From: Rhodothermales bacterium
GTDB lineage: Bacteria > Bacteroidota > Rhodothermia > Rhodothermales > Bin80
NCBI GenBank assembly: GCA_965218495.1
Contig: OZ244626.1
Location: 1,353,280-1,417,279, forward strand
Direction: 5' to 3'
Length of the DNA stretch: 64,000 nt
Under the pieces are notes generated by a model that was given only the letters and a program-made list of their open reading frames with translations, was not told where the DNA came from and did no database searches. A program made the position numbers and the translations under genes. Positions 30,165 through 40,659 of this stretch are shown here, piece after piece (positions within the stretch are counted from its first letter, which is position 1; the number at the start of each line of letters is the position of its first letter).

Positions 30165-31424
30165 TCAAGAGCTTGGTGAGCGATGCGGGCTAACCCATCG
30201 ACCCCCGGAGGTGCTCAGGACCTTGGTCAGCTCCTTCATGTCCTCCCGGCGTATCGGCTTCAGATTCGACTCGTACTGCATGAATATCGCCCCGCACCAG
30301 CGCTGACGCATCCCCGATGATCCCCAGCGCTTCACGTTCCGTGATCGGTTCGCAATAATGCTGTTGAGGTTCTCGATGATGTTCGTCGTCTTCAGACTGT
30401 CTCTGACAGCCTGGTTCCGCACCCCCAACCGGTGAAGTGTCAGCGTATCCTCCAAACCCTCCTCCAGACTGCGTGCGGCCTTCGGACACGATCGCTGCAG
30501 CGCTCCATGCAGCGACACAAGCGCCGCCCGTGCCTCCTTGTACGTGGGTAGCTCCCATGCCGCCTGAAGCCGACGCTTCATTTGCGTGGCCGCTGGCTCG
30601 TTTTTGATGTGACGCGTCACATTGGTACGCTTGTGCCATTGGCAGCGCTGGAACACGACCGCATCCCCAAACACCGCACTGATCCCCTTGCGAAGCCCGC
30701 GGCTGCCGTCCACCTGTACCAACAGCTTGTCGGTATGGGTGAAGCCCCGACGCAACAAATCCTGCAACAGCGACTGCACCTGCGCACTGTTCTCGGTACG
30801 ACTTTCCGCAAAGCCCAGCACGACCTTCTCGCCCTCGGTCGTGATGCCCATCGCTACGATCATCTGCACACCAGCCAAATACTTGCCATCAAGCAGGAGC
30901 ACCGCAAAAGTGTGCTGATCGAAGCGGCGCGTCTCAAATTCCTTCAGTAGCGCTGCCGTCTGCGTAACGAAGGCGTTGCCGACGCTGCTGGCACTCAACC
31001 CCAGACTATCGGTGAAGACTTGGGCCGCCTGCCTGTAATTGCGCCGCGAGAGTCCACACAGCAACCCCCTGGTCACGCTTTCCCGGTCCATAAGCCCACG
31101 CTCGCGCAAGAGGCGGTACGTTTGCAGAGGACGCTCCTTTCGGGTTCGTACATTCCGTACGCGCGGAACGCGGACCGCAATGCGCTCCAAACCGACGCGG
31201 ATGGAACCCGGATTCGTCCTCCAGCGCTGAAAGCCGGTCTTACGGTGCTTCCCACGTGCGCCGCAAATGAAGCGGGCTTCGGCTTCCATGACCCATGTGG
31301 CCATCTTGGTAAGAAGATCATCGAGATATCCAAGGCAGCTGGCCAGGCCGATGAAATTCCTCTGCGCAAGCCCGTGAAGGTCCTCGATGAGTGATTGATC
31401 CAGCATAGGGGTATGGGTCATCAT
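30165..31424 (-). CDS. IS256-family (Mutator-type) transposase, catalytic residues apparently intact
   Basis: 419 aa: ...FAVLLLDGKYLAG..., ...LLVQVDGSRGLRKGISAVFG.AVVFQRCQWHKRTNV... and ...TTNIIENLNS..., the IS256 DDE blocks. Confidence 0.85.
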   Translation of the reverse strand: MMTHTPMLDQSLIEDLHGLAQRNFIGLASCLGYLDDLLTKMATWVMEAEARFICGARGKHRKTGFQRWRTNPGSIRVGLERIAVRVPRVRNVRTRKERPLQTYRLLRERGLMDRESVTRGLLCGLSRRNYRQAAQVFTDSLGLSASSVGNAFVTQTAALLKEFETRRFDQHTFAVLLLDGKYLAGVQMIVAMGITTEGEKVVLGFAESRTENSAQVQSLLQDLLRRGFTHTDKLLVQVDGSRGLRKGISAVFGDAVVFQRCQWHKRTNVTRHIKNEPAATQMKRRLQAAWELPTYKEARAALVSLHGALQRSCPKAARSLEEGLEDTLTLHRLGVRNQAVRDSLKTTNIIENLNSIIANRSRNVKRWGSSGMRQRWCGAIFMQYESNLKPIRREDMKELTKVLSTSGGRWVSPHRSPSS

Positions 31425-32389
31425 ACGGCGTTGAGGTTGATGAGAGTCTCACGAAGTTGTGGCAGATGGGCCGCATGGGCCACACGGCGCAGCTGAGCCT
31501 CGTGTTCCAACAGCGCCAGTGCCATCTGTTCGCGTTGCTGGAAAACGGCGCTGGCCGGGGCCTGCAACCTGCGACCGATGGCATGCATGAAGCGCATCAC
31601 GCGCAGCCCTCTGTCGAGCTTGAGCAGCATGCCCGTGCGTTGAATCGTCAGAGATTGCTCCAGGCCCTCCCATAGAACCTTCGCTGCGGACCGATTGACG
31701 CGCGTCAAGTCCTGGTGAATACGGGTGAGTGCGCGTTCAGCTTCCCGGGCATCGAACCCGTTCCATGCCTGGCGGAGGCGATTGCGATACACAGGAACAA
31801 GGTCTTCCGGAAGACCACAGGTGACTTGATCCAGTAGCGTATTGAGACAGCGCTGTATGGCGACCCTGGGGCCGAACACCTGGCGCACCGCCGATTGCAG
31901 TCCCGTACTGCTGGGCAGCACACAGAGCAACCCGTCGGCGGCCGAAAGACCACGATCGGACAGCGACTGCACAAAGGACGCAAGAGCAGAGACGTTCTCA
32001 GGGTAGCACGCTACCAGGCCAAGTATGCGGCGATAGCCCGTGATGGTCAGACCCGCTCCAAGAACGATGTTAACGCCGCGTGGGCACAGCCCGCGCAGCC
32101 AGATCGCAACGATCGGGTCGTCTTGCAGACTGCGCGAATGCAACAGCTGCCACGCTTCATTCAACTGCGCCGAGTCCGGCTTTGTGTCCTGGGCCGCAGC
32201 AGAGGCCTTGATCACTACGGGCGGTGGCACCGGCTGCTGATGCGCTGCCGGAATGGGCCAGTCGGTGGTCAATTGTTGCAGTATGTGCGTGCAGAGCTTC
32301 ATCAGAAGCCGCCGCGCGTCACCGGAGGGATTGATCTGGGCGTCTGCAGGCGCCTCAGTGCTCCCCAAAACAGGCTGTGGGGGGGTCAT
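31421..32389 (-). CDS. IS256-transposase-like paralogue lacking the DDE residues, translationally coupled to the downstream transposase
   Basis: 322 aa and alignable to the neighbour: IVAIWLRGLCPRG (vs LLLDGKYLAG), LLCVLPSSTGLQSAVRQVFG.RVAIQRC (vs QVDGSRGLRKGISAVFG..VFQRC), LRVMRFMHAIG (vs TNIIENLNS). Its stop overlaps the next start (GTATGATGACC). Confidence 0.6.
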   Translation of the reverse strand: MTPPQPVLGSTEAPADAQINPSGDARRLLMKLCTHILQQLTTDWPIPAAHQQPVPPPVVIKASAAAQDTKPDSAQLNEAWQLLHSRSLQDDPIVAIWLRGLCPRGVNIVLGAGLTITGYRRILGLVACYPENVSALASFVQSLSDRGLSAADGLLCVLPSSTGLQSAVRQVFGPRVAIQRCLNTLLDQVTCGLPEDLVPVYRNRLRQAWNGFDAREAERALTRIHQDLTRVNRSAAKVLWEGLEQSLTIQRTGMLLKLDRGLRVMRFMHAIGRRLQAPASAVFQQREQMALALLEHEAQLRRVAHAAHLPQLRETLINLNAV

Positions 32390-32470
32390 ATGATTGGAAA
32401 GGAATGGTGGAGGCTAGGGTCCACCTCCACAGTAACTTTCCAATTCCCAACTTGAAAATGTGCGATCCCC

Positions 32471-32959
32471 GATGCCGTGGAGCTGAACCAGGATGCCATT
32501 GACCGAGACGCATGCTTTGACGGGCTCCACGGCGTGTGGACCAGCCTGGATCGCGAAAGCCATCCAGCACAACACATCTATGCGTACTACGGGGAGCTGT
32601 GGCGCATCGAAGAGGGCTTTCGCGTGCTCAAGCACACCATGGCGACGCGGCCCATCTATCACTGGACTCCCAGCCGCGTCAAGGCGCACATCGCGATTTG
32701 CTTCGTCGCTTTTGCCTTGCTGCGCCTGCTGCGCTACCAGCACAACACCATGCATGCGGGCCAGGAGCCACTCAGCGAGGCTCGTATCCTGACAGAGCTG
32801 AGCGGCGCGCAAGTCTCCCTCATTACCGACACCAGTACGCTGAAGCAGTATCTGCTCGCCTCCCCCGCCACCGCAGCTCAGCGGACGCTCTACAGCGCAG
32901 CCGGACTAAAGTACCCCAGCAGGACCCGCGAGCTGGCCACTCCCGACCAGCTCCCCTAA
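32471..32959 (+). pseudogene. IS1634-family transposase, fragment 3 of 3 (C-terminus)
   Basis: VELNQDAIDRDACFDGLHGVWTSL...YGELWRIEEGFRVLKHTMATRPIYHWTPSRVKAHIAICFVAFALLRLL is the typical IS1634/IS4 C-terminal block. Confidence 0.7.
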
Positions 32960-33216
32960 GGAGTCCGGCTACGATCGAGAGGAGCCTCAAGGGTTCCCTC
33001 AAAATCGGCACGCGTAGTGTTCAGTATTGTATGATGGTCAAGTATAACTCATACTATTTTGCACCTAAACCGCGGAAGTCAAGAATGTGCCCTCGCCGGG
33101 CCCTCGGCTCTGCACAGAGAAGCACCACAGCTCCTGCGCACAATTCCAAGAAGCCTGCAGCGCCTTAGCTGAAGGCACGGGGGTAGCAGGACAGGGTTGA
33201 CAGGGCCGCCACCTTC

Positions 33217-34092
33217 CTACAGCATGTGTTCCGCCCAACGCCACGTACCCAGCACACCAAGGCACCCATGGGCGGTTAGGTCATGCTGGATGGGACTGAT
33301 GGATACGTATCCGGCTTCCACGGCATGCACATCGGTGTCAGGGCCGCCGTCGAGGTTGAAGAACTTCCCCTTGTACCAGAAAGACGTGTGATTGGAAGCG
33401 TTCGTCCGCTCAACAAACGATTCCTCGTAGCGTGCGCGTGCAAGGCGGGTCACCGAAATGCCCTTAATCTGATCATACGGTAGTGGTGGGACGTTGACAT
33501 TTAGCACGATTCCACGTGGAAGGCGGCTGCGCAGGACCTTGCGCCCTATCGCCTGGGCATACCGCGCAGCGGCTTCATAGTCCCCTGCCTCGCCCTCGAC
33601 GAGCGAAAATGCCATCGAATCCACTCCCCGAATCGATGACTCCGTCGCTGCGCTCACCGTGCCCGAATACATGACGTTGATCGCCATGTTTGACCCACGG
33701 TTGATGCCGCTAGCCACCAAATCGGGGCGCCGGTCCAGCAGCGAATTCAAAGCCAACTTCACGCAATCTGCCGGTGTGCCGTCAATCGCAATCGAGCGAA
33801 CAGCCGCCAATGCGCCTTCAAACTTATGTGGAATCGCGTGGACAGCGCGGTGTAGCGTGATAGCATGCCCCACTGCACTCTGCTCCTCCTTGGGCGCAAT
33901 GATCACCACATTGCCCAGCTCCATCATGGCCAGACCCAGCGCTGCGAGCCCCGGTGCCTCTATGCCGTCATCGTTCGTAACCAGGATGAGCGGTTTCCTG
34001 CGCCCTTGCGTTTGTGCAGCCGGCGCCTTTTCGTCTGTCGGAAGTCTGCTAATAGCTCTCCTCTTTGCTCGGAAACCGTCGTGCACGCACAT
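33217..34092 (-). CDS. surE: 5'/3'-nucleotidase SurE
   Basis: ...[23 protein letters not shown]...[18 protein letters not shown]... and ...[24 protein letters not shown].... The start is uncertain: the track ORF starts at 34155, overlapping panB. Confidence 0.8.
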   Translation of the reverse strand: MCVHDGFRAKRRAISRLPTDEKAPAAQTQGRRKPLILVTNDDGIEAPGLAALGLAMMELGNVVIIAPKEEQSAVGHAITLHRAVHAIPHKFEGALAAVRSIAIDGTPADCVKLALNSLLDRRPDLVASGINRGSNMAINVMYSGTVSAATESSIRGVDSMAFSLVEGEAGDYEAAARYAQAIGRKVLRSRLPRGIVLNVNVPPLPYDQIKGISVTRLARARYEESFVERTNASNHTSFWYKGKFFNLDGGPDTDVHAVEAGYVSISPIQHDLTAHGCLGVLGTWRWAEHML

Positions 34093-34852
34093 CGTCCGCG
34101 TACAGCCGTACTGACTGGGTAATGGTAGCGGCCAAAGAGGCATACCGGCGTACAAAGCGAGGACTAAAGTCGGTGGTCAGCCCCAAGGCATCATGTGTAA
34201 CCAGGACCTGGCCGTCACAGGCGGGTCCAGCCCCGATGCCGATGGTCGGAATAGCCAGTGACCGCGTCACCACCTCCGCCAGCGCGGCGGGAATCTTCTC
34301 CAATACAAGGCCAAAACATCCGGTCTTTTCCAACAATTTGGCGTCTTCCTTTAGCCGCTCGGCTTCCTCTTCGTCACGCGCCCGCACCTTGTAGGTACCA
34401 AAGCGGTAAATGCTTTGCGGTATCAGGCCAAGGTGTCCCATGACCGGTATGCCGGCCTCCAGGATGCGCTCTGCCGCTGGCAGACCTGCCCTGCCGCCTT
34501 CGATCTTTACGGCATGCGCACCGGTTTCTTTCATGACACGAATCGCGGAGTGCAACGCCTCCTTGGAGTTACCCTGGTATGATCCAAATGGCAAGTCAAC
34601 AACGACCAGCGCCCGCTTAACCGCCCGAACCACGCATTGCGCATGATAGACCATGTGATCCAGCGTGATGGGCAGGGTCGTCTCGTTGCCTGCGATGACG
34701 TTGGAGGCAGAATCCCCGACCAGAATCACATCCACGCCCGCCGCGTCAATGATGCGCGCAAGCGTAAAATCGTACGCCGTCAGCATGGCTATCGGCGTAC
34801 CGCTCGCTTTCATCTCTTGAAGAGTCTGCGTGGTAACGCGCCTGATTGCCAT
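34049..34852 (-). CDS. panB: 3-methyl-2-oxobutanoate hydroxymethyltransferase
   Basis: 267 aa: ...[32 protein letters not shown]..., ...[11 protein letters not shown] and ...[10 protein letters not shown]..., canonical PanB. Confidence 0.9.
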   Translation of the reverse strand: MAIRRVTTQTLQEMKASGTPIAMLTAYDFTLARIIDAAGVDVILVGDSASNVIAGNETTLPITLDHMVYHAQCVVRAVKRALVVVDLPFGSYQGNSKEALHSAIRVMKETGAHAVKIEGGRAGLPAAERILEAGIPVMGHLGLIPQSIYRFGTYKVRARDEEEAERLKEDAKLLEKTGCFGLVLEKIPAALAEVVTRSLAIPTIGIGAGPACDGQVLVTHDALGLTTDFSPRFVRRYASLAATITQSVRLYADDVRARRFPSKEESY

Positions 34853-34996
34853 GAAGGATCCCTTCGGTCACTTCACTCGTCGCCCGGGGCCTACCCTGAT
34901 GCCTCTGGACGCACTCCGCATACTCTCACGGACACAAGTGCCACTGTGGAGCCGCACACCGGAACACTGTAAAATAGTGCGCGCGGCAGTGATATT

Positions 34997-35572
34997 CTAG
35001 TTCCCTGCGGACTCGGCTCCGCTGACGTCTATGCCCAGCTCCCGTGCCACATCCAGTGTAATGTCCACGATGCGATCTTCGTTGGCATAGAGTATGATGG
35101 GCTGGGTGCGACCGGCCTGGATTCGAAGTACCAGATCCAAACCCTTCTCTTCCGAAATCTTTTTGATGGCCGCATCCACACGCTCAAAGAGGGGGCTGAG
35201 CAATTCCGCCTCGCGCTGCGCCAAGTCGTCCTGGGCATCTGCCGCCTTTTGCTGCAGCTCCTGCTGGGAGGCCTGCAGGTCAGCCTCTCTTTCTGCTCGG
35301 CGCTGCGGGGACAGCAATGACTGCTGCGTCTGATAGCGCTCTACCTTACCCTGCAAATCTTCAGCCATCGCCTGCAACACTTTCTCGGTGGCATCAAATT
35401 CTTCCTGAAGCGCCCGCTGGATGTCCTGAAACTCAGGCATGTTGGAGATGAGGATTTCATGATCGGTGTACCCAATCTTGAGTGCTGGTAGTTGCTGGCC
35501 CAACGCGGGCACTGCAAAGGCCACCAATAGCGTTAGTAGTCCCAGACGTCGTAGAAGTGATATCGACTGCAT
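34997..35572 (-). CDS. skp: OmpH/Skp-family periplasmic chaperone
   Basis: Signal peptide MQSISLLRRLGLLTLLVAFAVPALGQ, then a long Q/E/L-rich coiled coil. Located downstream of bamA. Confidence 0.75.
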   Translation of the reverse strand: MQSISLLRRLGLLTLLVAFAVPALGQQLPALKIGYTDHEILISNMPEFQDIQRALQEEFDATEKVLQAMAEDLQGKVERYQTQQSLLSPQRRAEREADLQASQQELQQKAADAQDDLAQREAELLSPLFERVDAAIKKISEEKGLDLVLRIQAGRTQPIILYANEDRIVDITLDVARELGIDVSGAESAGN

Positions 35573-35597
35573 AGTGTACCGTTCTAGTGAAGTGGCT

Positions 35598-36200
35598 CTA
35601 TTGACGTTGGCCAGCCCGACCTCCGCTCCGCCCCGACTCCGCGCCTGTGGCAGCACCAGCAGGAGTACCCGTTTGCTGTACTTCGATGCCGAGCTCTGCC
35701 AGGACGGTCACACTGATGTTGTGGCTTTCATCCGCAAAAAGAAAAACGTAGTCGCCGCTGCGGTCAAAAACATAGTCATAGCCTTCAGCCAGGGCGACCG
35801 TTTCTATGGCTATCAGCACCTTCTCCTGAATGGGCCGCAGCAACTGACCCTGCTGCCGGTACAGCTCGCCTTCCGGACCGAAATACTGTGTCCTGCGGCT
35901 GCTAAGCTCCTCCTCAGCCAGCATGATCTCCTCCTGCTTTCGCTGCCGCTCGTCATGCGTGTAGAGCAACTCGAGTGACTGATACTCCTGGAAGAGTCTG
36001 TCGACTTCGCCCTGGCGCTCCTCAAGGTCCTGTGTCCACTGTTCCGATAGCCTGTCAAGCTGCTGTTGAGCAGTGGCAAACTCTGCAACTTGGCCGTAGA
36101 TGTAGTCCGAATCCACATAAGCGATCTTCATCTGAGCCGCGACCGGCGCGCTGACCAAGACGGATAATACGAACGAGAGAATTAGTGTAGTCACCTTCAT
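35598..36200 (-). CDS. skp: OmpH/Skp-family periplasmic chaperone (second copy)
   Basis: MKVTTLILSFVLSVLVSAPVAAQMKIAYVDSDYIY..., a coiled-coil body, directly downstream of bamA. Confidence 0.75.
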   Translation of the reverse strand: MKVTTLILSFVLSVLVSAPVAAQMKIAYVDSDYIYGQVAEFATAQQQLDRLSEQWTQDLEERQGEVDRLFQEYQSLELLYTHDERQRKQEEIMLAEEELSSRRTQYFGPEGELYRQQGQLLRPIQEKVLIAIETVALAEGYDYVFDRSGDYVFLFADESHNISVTVLAELGIEVQQTGTPAGAATGAESGRSGGRAGQRQ

Positions 36201-36224
36201 ACGATCTTGCCTGTTTTAAACCTG

Positions 36225-38747
36225 CTAGTTGCCAAACCCTTGCCCGATGGTGAACTGGAACAGCCACTTGTTGCTGCCGTCATGCTTGCTTGACTGCCCC
36301 CCATACGGCACAAACGTGTCCAGATTGTAGCCATAGGTGATCTCCAGCATGCCGAGAATCGGCAGGAAAAGCCGTGCTCCCAGCCCCACGGACCGGAATA
36401 GCTGCGTTGGGTTATACGTTGAAAAGTTGTCCCACGTGTTGGCGGCGTCCATAAAGACGTACGGCGCTGCTGTTAGCTGCGGCGTCTGGACAGCCAAAAG
36501 GCGCAGCTCTGACGTAAACTTATTCAGAATGCGTCCGCCAACCGGCTCACCGTTGCGCCGCGGACCCAATACCCGCTCTGGATACCCGCGCATAAACACA
36601 ATATCTTTGCCGTAGTTGTTGAAGGCACCCTGGTAATCAAACGGCGAACCGCCCACGATGTACCGCTCAAAGAGCACATCACTGCCTGTTAGCGAACCGA
36701 TATAGCCGAACTCGCCGTGCATGTTGACGGTCAGCTTGTTCATGATCGGCACATTCCAAGAGGAATTCAGGCGCCACTTGTGGTATTGCACGAAGCTGCC
36801 AATGGGAACTGCCAAGGTTGCCGACAGCAAGAAGCTCGACCCGTTCGTAGGAAATATCGGATGGTCCAGCGAGCTGCGCGTGAGCGCTTGCTGCACAGTA
36901 ACCTGCTCACTTGTTCCCTCCGGCAGCACGGCAGTAAAGTCCCTGTTGATGAAGTGCTGGTATCCCAACGAGGTCGAAGTGCTGAATTTGTCATCCGGCC
37001 ACTGCAGCCGCTGCTCATAGAATACCGTGCCCGATGTGCGCACGAAGTACTCCCTGGGGTTACCGGCTGGCCTGTTGTAGGAATAAAACGAATATCCGTA
37101 CCCGCTGAAGCGAGAATGCGATAGGCTAAATCCAACCGGCGTGGGCCGCCCCCTGAGCCACGGCTCCGTAAAACTTAGCTGATAGCTCTGGTAGGCCTTG
37201 CCACTGGTCTGTAAAGCCACAGACACGCGCTGCCCATCACCCGCTGGCAACGGCCTCCACGATTCGCGCCTGAAGAAGTCGCCCGCCGAGAAGTTGTTGA
37301 ACGCGAAGCGGAGCATCAGAATAAGACCGTATCGGTGGTACGAACCGGAAAGCTCTAGCTGGTCGCTGCCGACCTCCTCAAGGTTGTAGGTCAGATCGAC
37401 TGTCTTGGCTTCGTTGTTCAGATCTATGCTTGGTCCGGCGCCCAGCTTTTCCTGATCAAAGTAGTTTAGCTGCGACAGGCGCCGAATGCTCTCCTGAATC
37501 CCCCCACGGCTGAAGGTCTGCCCCGGAATGGTATACAGCTCCCGCCGGATGACGTGCTCCTTCGTCTTGGAGTTGCCCGCAATGTCAATCTGACCAAATT
37601 GAAAGATGTCGCCTTCGTAGACGTCGTAGTGAAGATCCAGCGAGTCTCCTTCCACCACACGTACCTCCGGCTCAACACGGAAAAGCATATGGCCACGATT
37701 CATGTACAGGCTGGACACGTCGCTGGTCTGCTTGTTGCCGAACAGATTCTGCTCTATGCGCTGTCCGTTGTAAGCATCTCCAGCATCGACCCCAAGGGCG
37801 GTGGACAGCACCTTGTCCGGGTATACCGTGTTGCCCTCCCACGTAACGTTCCGGATGTGGTACTTCGGTCCCTCAATGAATTCAAGCTGCACCACGAGGC
37901 CGGCCTTCTTGCCGGAGGTATCCAGGTAGACCGAGTCCCGCATTATGCGCGCATCGTAGTATCCTTTGGCGTTGTAGTGTTCAAGCACCCGCACCTTGTC
38001 TTCCTGGTACAGCGAACGATCAAACCGGGACTTGCGCCAGAAAAACAAGGGCTTGTACGCCTTTGTCTTCTTAAGCTTGCTTCGCACCTTTCTTGCAGCA
38101 ATCGTTTCGGTGCCGTTGATCAGGACCTCCTTTATGCGCACCTTCTGGCCTATGTCTACGCCGAAATTGACATCCACCATGTCTTCGCCAGAGGGCTCAC
38201 GCGTCACATTGACGTCAGCCAGCATGTGACCTTTTTCGCCGAAGTAGTCCTTGATGACCTGAACCGACCGCTCGAGGTCGCCCGGTCGTACGCGGCTGCC
38301 TTTGAAGAGCGGCACTTCTTTTTCCAGCTCCTTCCTGTGCCGCTTTTTGATGCCGCTGAAGGTGAATTCTTTAAGCTGTGGCTCCTCCTTGACCTGAATT
38401 TTGAGAAACACGCCGGTCCCGGCTCTACGCTCCTCAATAACCTTCACATCCGAGAATACATGCAGCTTGTACAGCGAGCGAATGGCCTCGGCGATCGCCT
38501 GGTCGGCGGGAAGCGTGATCATCTGCCCGGCGGCCAGCCCGCTACTGCGCAGGACAAAGTTGATCATGCTTTCGGTCTCCACACCGTCGACCGAGATTCC
38601 CAAGATTTCCAGCTCCTGCGGAGTCGGGGAAAGCGGTGAATTGGTGCCACCATTGCCCGCTCCCGATACGCGAGGCGTATCGGACTGCGCGTAAAGAACT
38701 GCGGGCAGGGCAAGGGCAATCAGGCAAAGATGGAGCTTACGCAACAT
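36225..38747 (-). CDS. bamA: Outer membrane protein assembly factor BamA
   Basis: POTRA-like repeats followed by an Omp85/D15 beta-barrel ending ...WLFQFTIGQGFGN. The likely start is MLRKLHLCLIALALPAVLYAQ at 38747; the track ORF extends to 38921. Confidence 0.9.
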   Translation of the reverse strand: MLRKLHLCLIALALPAVLYAQSDTPRVSGAGNGGTNSPLSPTPQELEILGISVDGVETESMINFVLRSSGLAAGQMITLPADQAIAEAIRSLYKLHVFSDVKVIEERRAGTGVFLKIQVKEEPQLKEFTFSGIKKRHRKELEKEVPLFKGSRVRPGDLERSVQVIKDYFGEKGHMLADVNVTREPSGEDMVDVNFGVDIGQKVRIKEVLINGTETIAARKVRSKLKKTKAYKPLFFWRKSRFDRSLYQEDKVRVLEHYNAKGYYDARIMRDSVYLDTSGKKAGLVVQLEFIEGPKYHIRNVTWEGNTVYPDKVLSTALGVDAGDAYNGQRIEQNLFGNKQTSDVSSLYMNRGHMLFRVEPEVRVVEGDSLDLHYDVYEGDIFQFGQIDIAGNSKTKEHVIRRELYTIPGQTFSRGGIQESIRRLSQLNYFDQEKLGAGPSIDLNNEAKTVDLTYNLEEVGSDQLELSGSYHRYGLILMLRFAFNNFSAGDFFRRESWRPLPAGDGQRVSVALQTSGKAYQSYQLSFTEPWLRGRPTPVGFSLSHSRFSGYGYSFYSYNRPAGNPREYFVRTSGTVFYEQRLQWPDDKFSTSTSLGYQHFINRDFTAVLPEGTSEQVTVQQALTRSSLDHPIFPTNGSSFLLSATLAVPIGSFVQYHKWRLNSSWNVPIMNKLTVNMHGEFGYIGSLTGSDVLFERYIVGGSPFDYQGAFNNYGKDIVFMRGYPERVLGPRRNGEPVGGRILNKFTSELRLLAVQTPQLTAAPYVFMDAANTWDNFSTYNPTQLFRSVGLGARLFLPILGMLEITYGYNLDTFVPYGGQSSKHDGSNKWLFQFTIGQGFGN

Positions 38748-39351
38748 GAATGACGGCGCGTTGGGCGCAATTTGGTAGAACCCTTGAAAGGTGACCCAAG
38801 TTTCCCGGGCATGCCAAGCAAACGAACTTGATACTCGCTTTAGTACCTTTCGCCGCCTTTTTTCGGTCTGGCCCGGCACGCCCCCACGAACGGCAAGAAT
38901 CCTGCCAAGGCGGCGCGCCAACCCGGGTCACGTCTTGTGTAGGAACTCCCCGCTTTGCGTACGGACGCTGATGCTCATGTTGAATTCGATCACTCGTACG
39001 CTTACCAAGCGCTCTGGCGTTACCTGAATAGCCCGTTACCTAGCCTAAGCCAAGGCATGGGCTCAGGGACTGCCCAGGGCCATTGAGCGCCGATCCGGCA
39101 AAAATCGAGCAGAACCCGTAGACTGTGCGCACGCGCGGTGGGCGCTTTTGCCCTACGCTATAGCCGGATTAGAGATGAAGTGTTGTCGGACTACGCGGCA
39201 TGTACGGCCTCAACAAAAAGGGCCTCGTTGGTATGCAGCATAGCCGACTTGTTGGCCCGTAGAAGCGATGTGGGGGGTCGTTTGCTGCTCGTGCCGTAAC
39301 TTGCATTGCACCACAGACGGTGAACGGAGTCCACTTACACTAGCCTAGCGA

Positions 39352-40653
39352 ATGCTATACGCTACCAGCCTTACGGTGAGGCACGTCAAATGCTTCCCCG
39401 ACGAATTCAGAGTAGAATTCAGCGCTGCCACCGAGAGTGGTGGCAGCTGGACATTGTTGCTCGGTGACAATGGCACGGGCAAGACCTCTCTTCTTCGCTG
39501 CATCGCCTTGTGCCTTTGCAATAAGACATCTGCTACGGGTCTCCTTACGGAGCTCACGGGAAGCTTCATCCGGGATGGCTACAATGAAGCAGAGATAGTA
39601 CTTGCGTTGTCAGATGGTCAGGTGGATTACGAGATCAAGACTACCCTACAGAAGTCAGACGACGGTGAATCTGAGAATCTCGAGCAGAAAGTCACCAATG
39701 CCAATCGGCAGTTGGACTGGAAGAGGCTCTTTGCCTGCGCGTATGGGGCAATGTGCGGCACCATCGGGGACAGCAACTTCGACCGTTATCGCCCCATAGA
39801 CTCCTTGTATACTCTTTTCAACTACGACGCCAGTCTTCAGAACCCGGAAACCGCGCTGCGCCGCGTCGTGCAGCAGAAAGGAGTCAAAATGCGCGACCTA
39901 CTTGAGCAAGTCGATCGCGTTTTGATGCTGAAACCAGGTTCCACGCAGCTGACTCCTTCGGGAATCCGAATCCGCAAGAATGGGGACATTTCTGTTCCAG
40001 TTGGAGCTGCCGGTGACGGATACGCATTCGTGCTTTCATGGATTAGCGATCTGCTGGGGTGGTGGCACCTCAGAAACGGAGGGGCTAACGCACATACCGT
40101 CAAAGGTATAGTACTAGTGGACGAGGTTGACAGGCACCTCCATCCAAAATGGCAGCGCAGGATTATCAGCTTGCTCACAGAGGCATTTCCTAGTGTGCAG
40201 TTTATTGGTACAACTCATTCGCCGCTTACGGTCATCGGAGCCACCAGAGACAGTGACCAGTATTGTCGTCTTGTGCACTTGCAGAATAACATGGACCATG
40301 AAGGAGTCACTGTCCGCCCTGGGATCGGGCCGCCAAAGGATCAACGGGCCGATCAGGTACTTACATCGCACCTCTTTGGGCTCCATACAACGATGAACGA
40401 CGTTGTGGTTGAGCGCATAGAACGATACGCCAAGTTGAGGACGCGAAAGCAATTGACCCCTGAAGAGCAGCAAGACATGGATGAGCTCAGAGAAGGGCTT
40501 AAGCGCGACCTCGGAAAGCCCGAGACCAGACTTCAGCAGCGCGTAGAAAAGGCCCTGCGCTTCGTGCTGGCTTCGATAGACAGTGATTATGAGGACACTG
40601 ACGCAGCCGAGTTTGCGATTCGGCGAAAGGTGCAGGAATTAATGGCACTCTAG
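39352..40653 (+). CDS. ptuA: Septu-type PtuA-like ABC ATPase
   Basis: 433 aa: Walker A LLGDNGTGKTSLL, Walker B IVLVDEVDRHLHP, then ...GTTHSPL.... It is immediately followed by an HNH gene of the PtuB/TIGR02646 type. Confidence 0.65.
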   Translation: MLYATSLTVRHVKCFPDEFRVEFSAATESGGSWTLLLGDNGTGKTSLLRCIALCLCNKTSATGLLTELTGSFIRDGYNEAEIVLALSDGQVDYEIKTTLQKSDDGESENLEQKVTNANRQLDWKRLFACAYGAMCGTIGDSNFDRYRPIDSLYTLFNYDASLQNPETALRRVVQQKGVKMRDLLEQVDRVLMLKPGSTQLTPSGIRIRKNGDISVPVGAAGDGYAFVLSWISDLLGWWHLRNGGANAHTVKGIVLVDEVDRHLHPKWQRRIISLLTEAFPSVQFIGTTHSPLTVIGATRDSDQYCRLVHLQNNMDHEGVTVRPGIGPPKDQRADQVLTSHLFGLHTTMNDVVVERIERYAKLRTRKQLTPEEQQDMDELREGLKRDLGKPETRLQQRVEKALRFVLASIDSDYEDTDAAEFAIRRKVQELMAL

Positions 40654-40659
40654 GCGTCA

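Larger units (their letters stand above)
26589..32470 (+). mobile_element. IS1380-like element (with two nested insertions) inside the IS1634 transposase gene
   Basis: Terminal inverted repeats are GGGGATTGCACATTTTTAGTTGGG (left; interrupted by ISL3) and, reverse-complemented, GGGGATCGCACATTTTCAAGTTGGG (right, ending at 32470). The flanking direct repeat is GATGCT/GATGCC. Excision restores the host reading ...KVDRDA|VELNQDAIDRDACFDG in frame. Confidence 0.6.
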
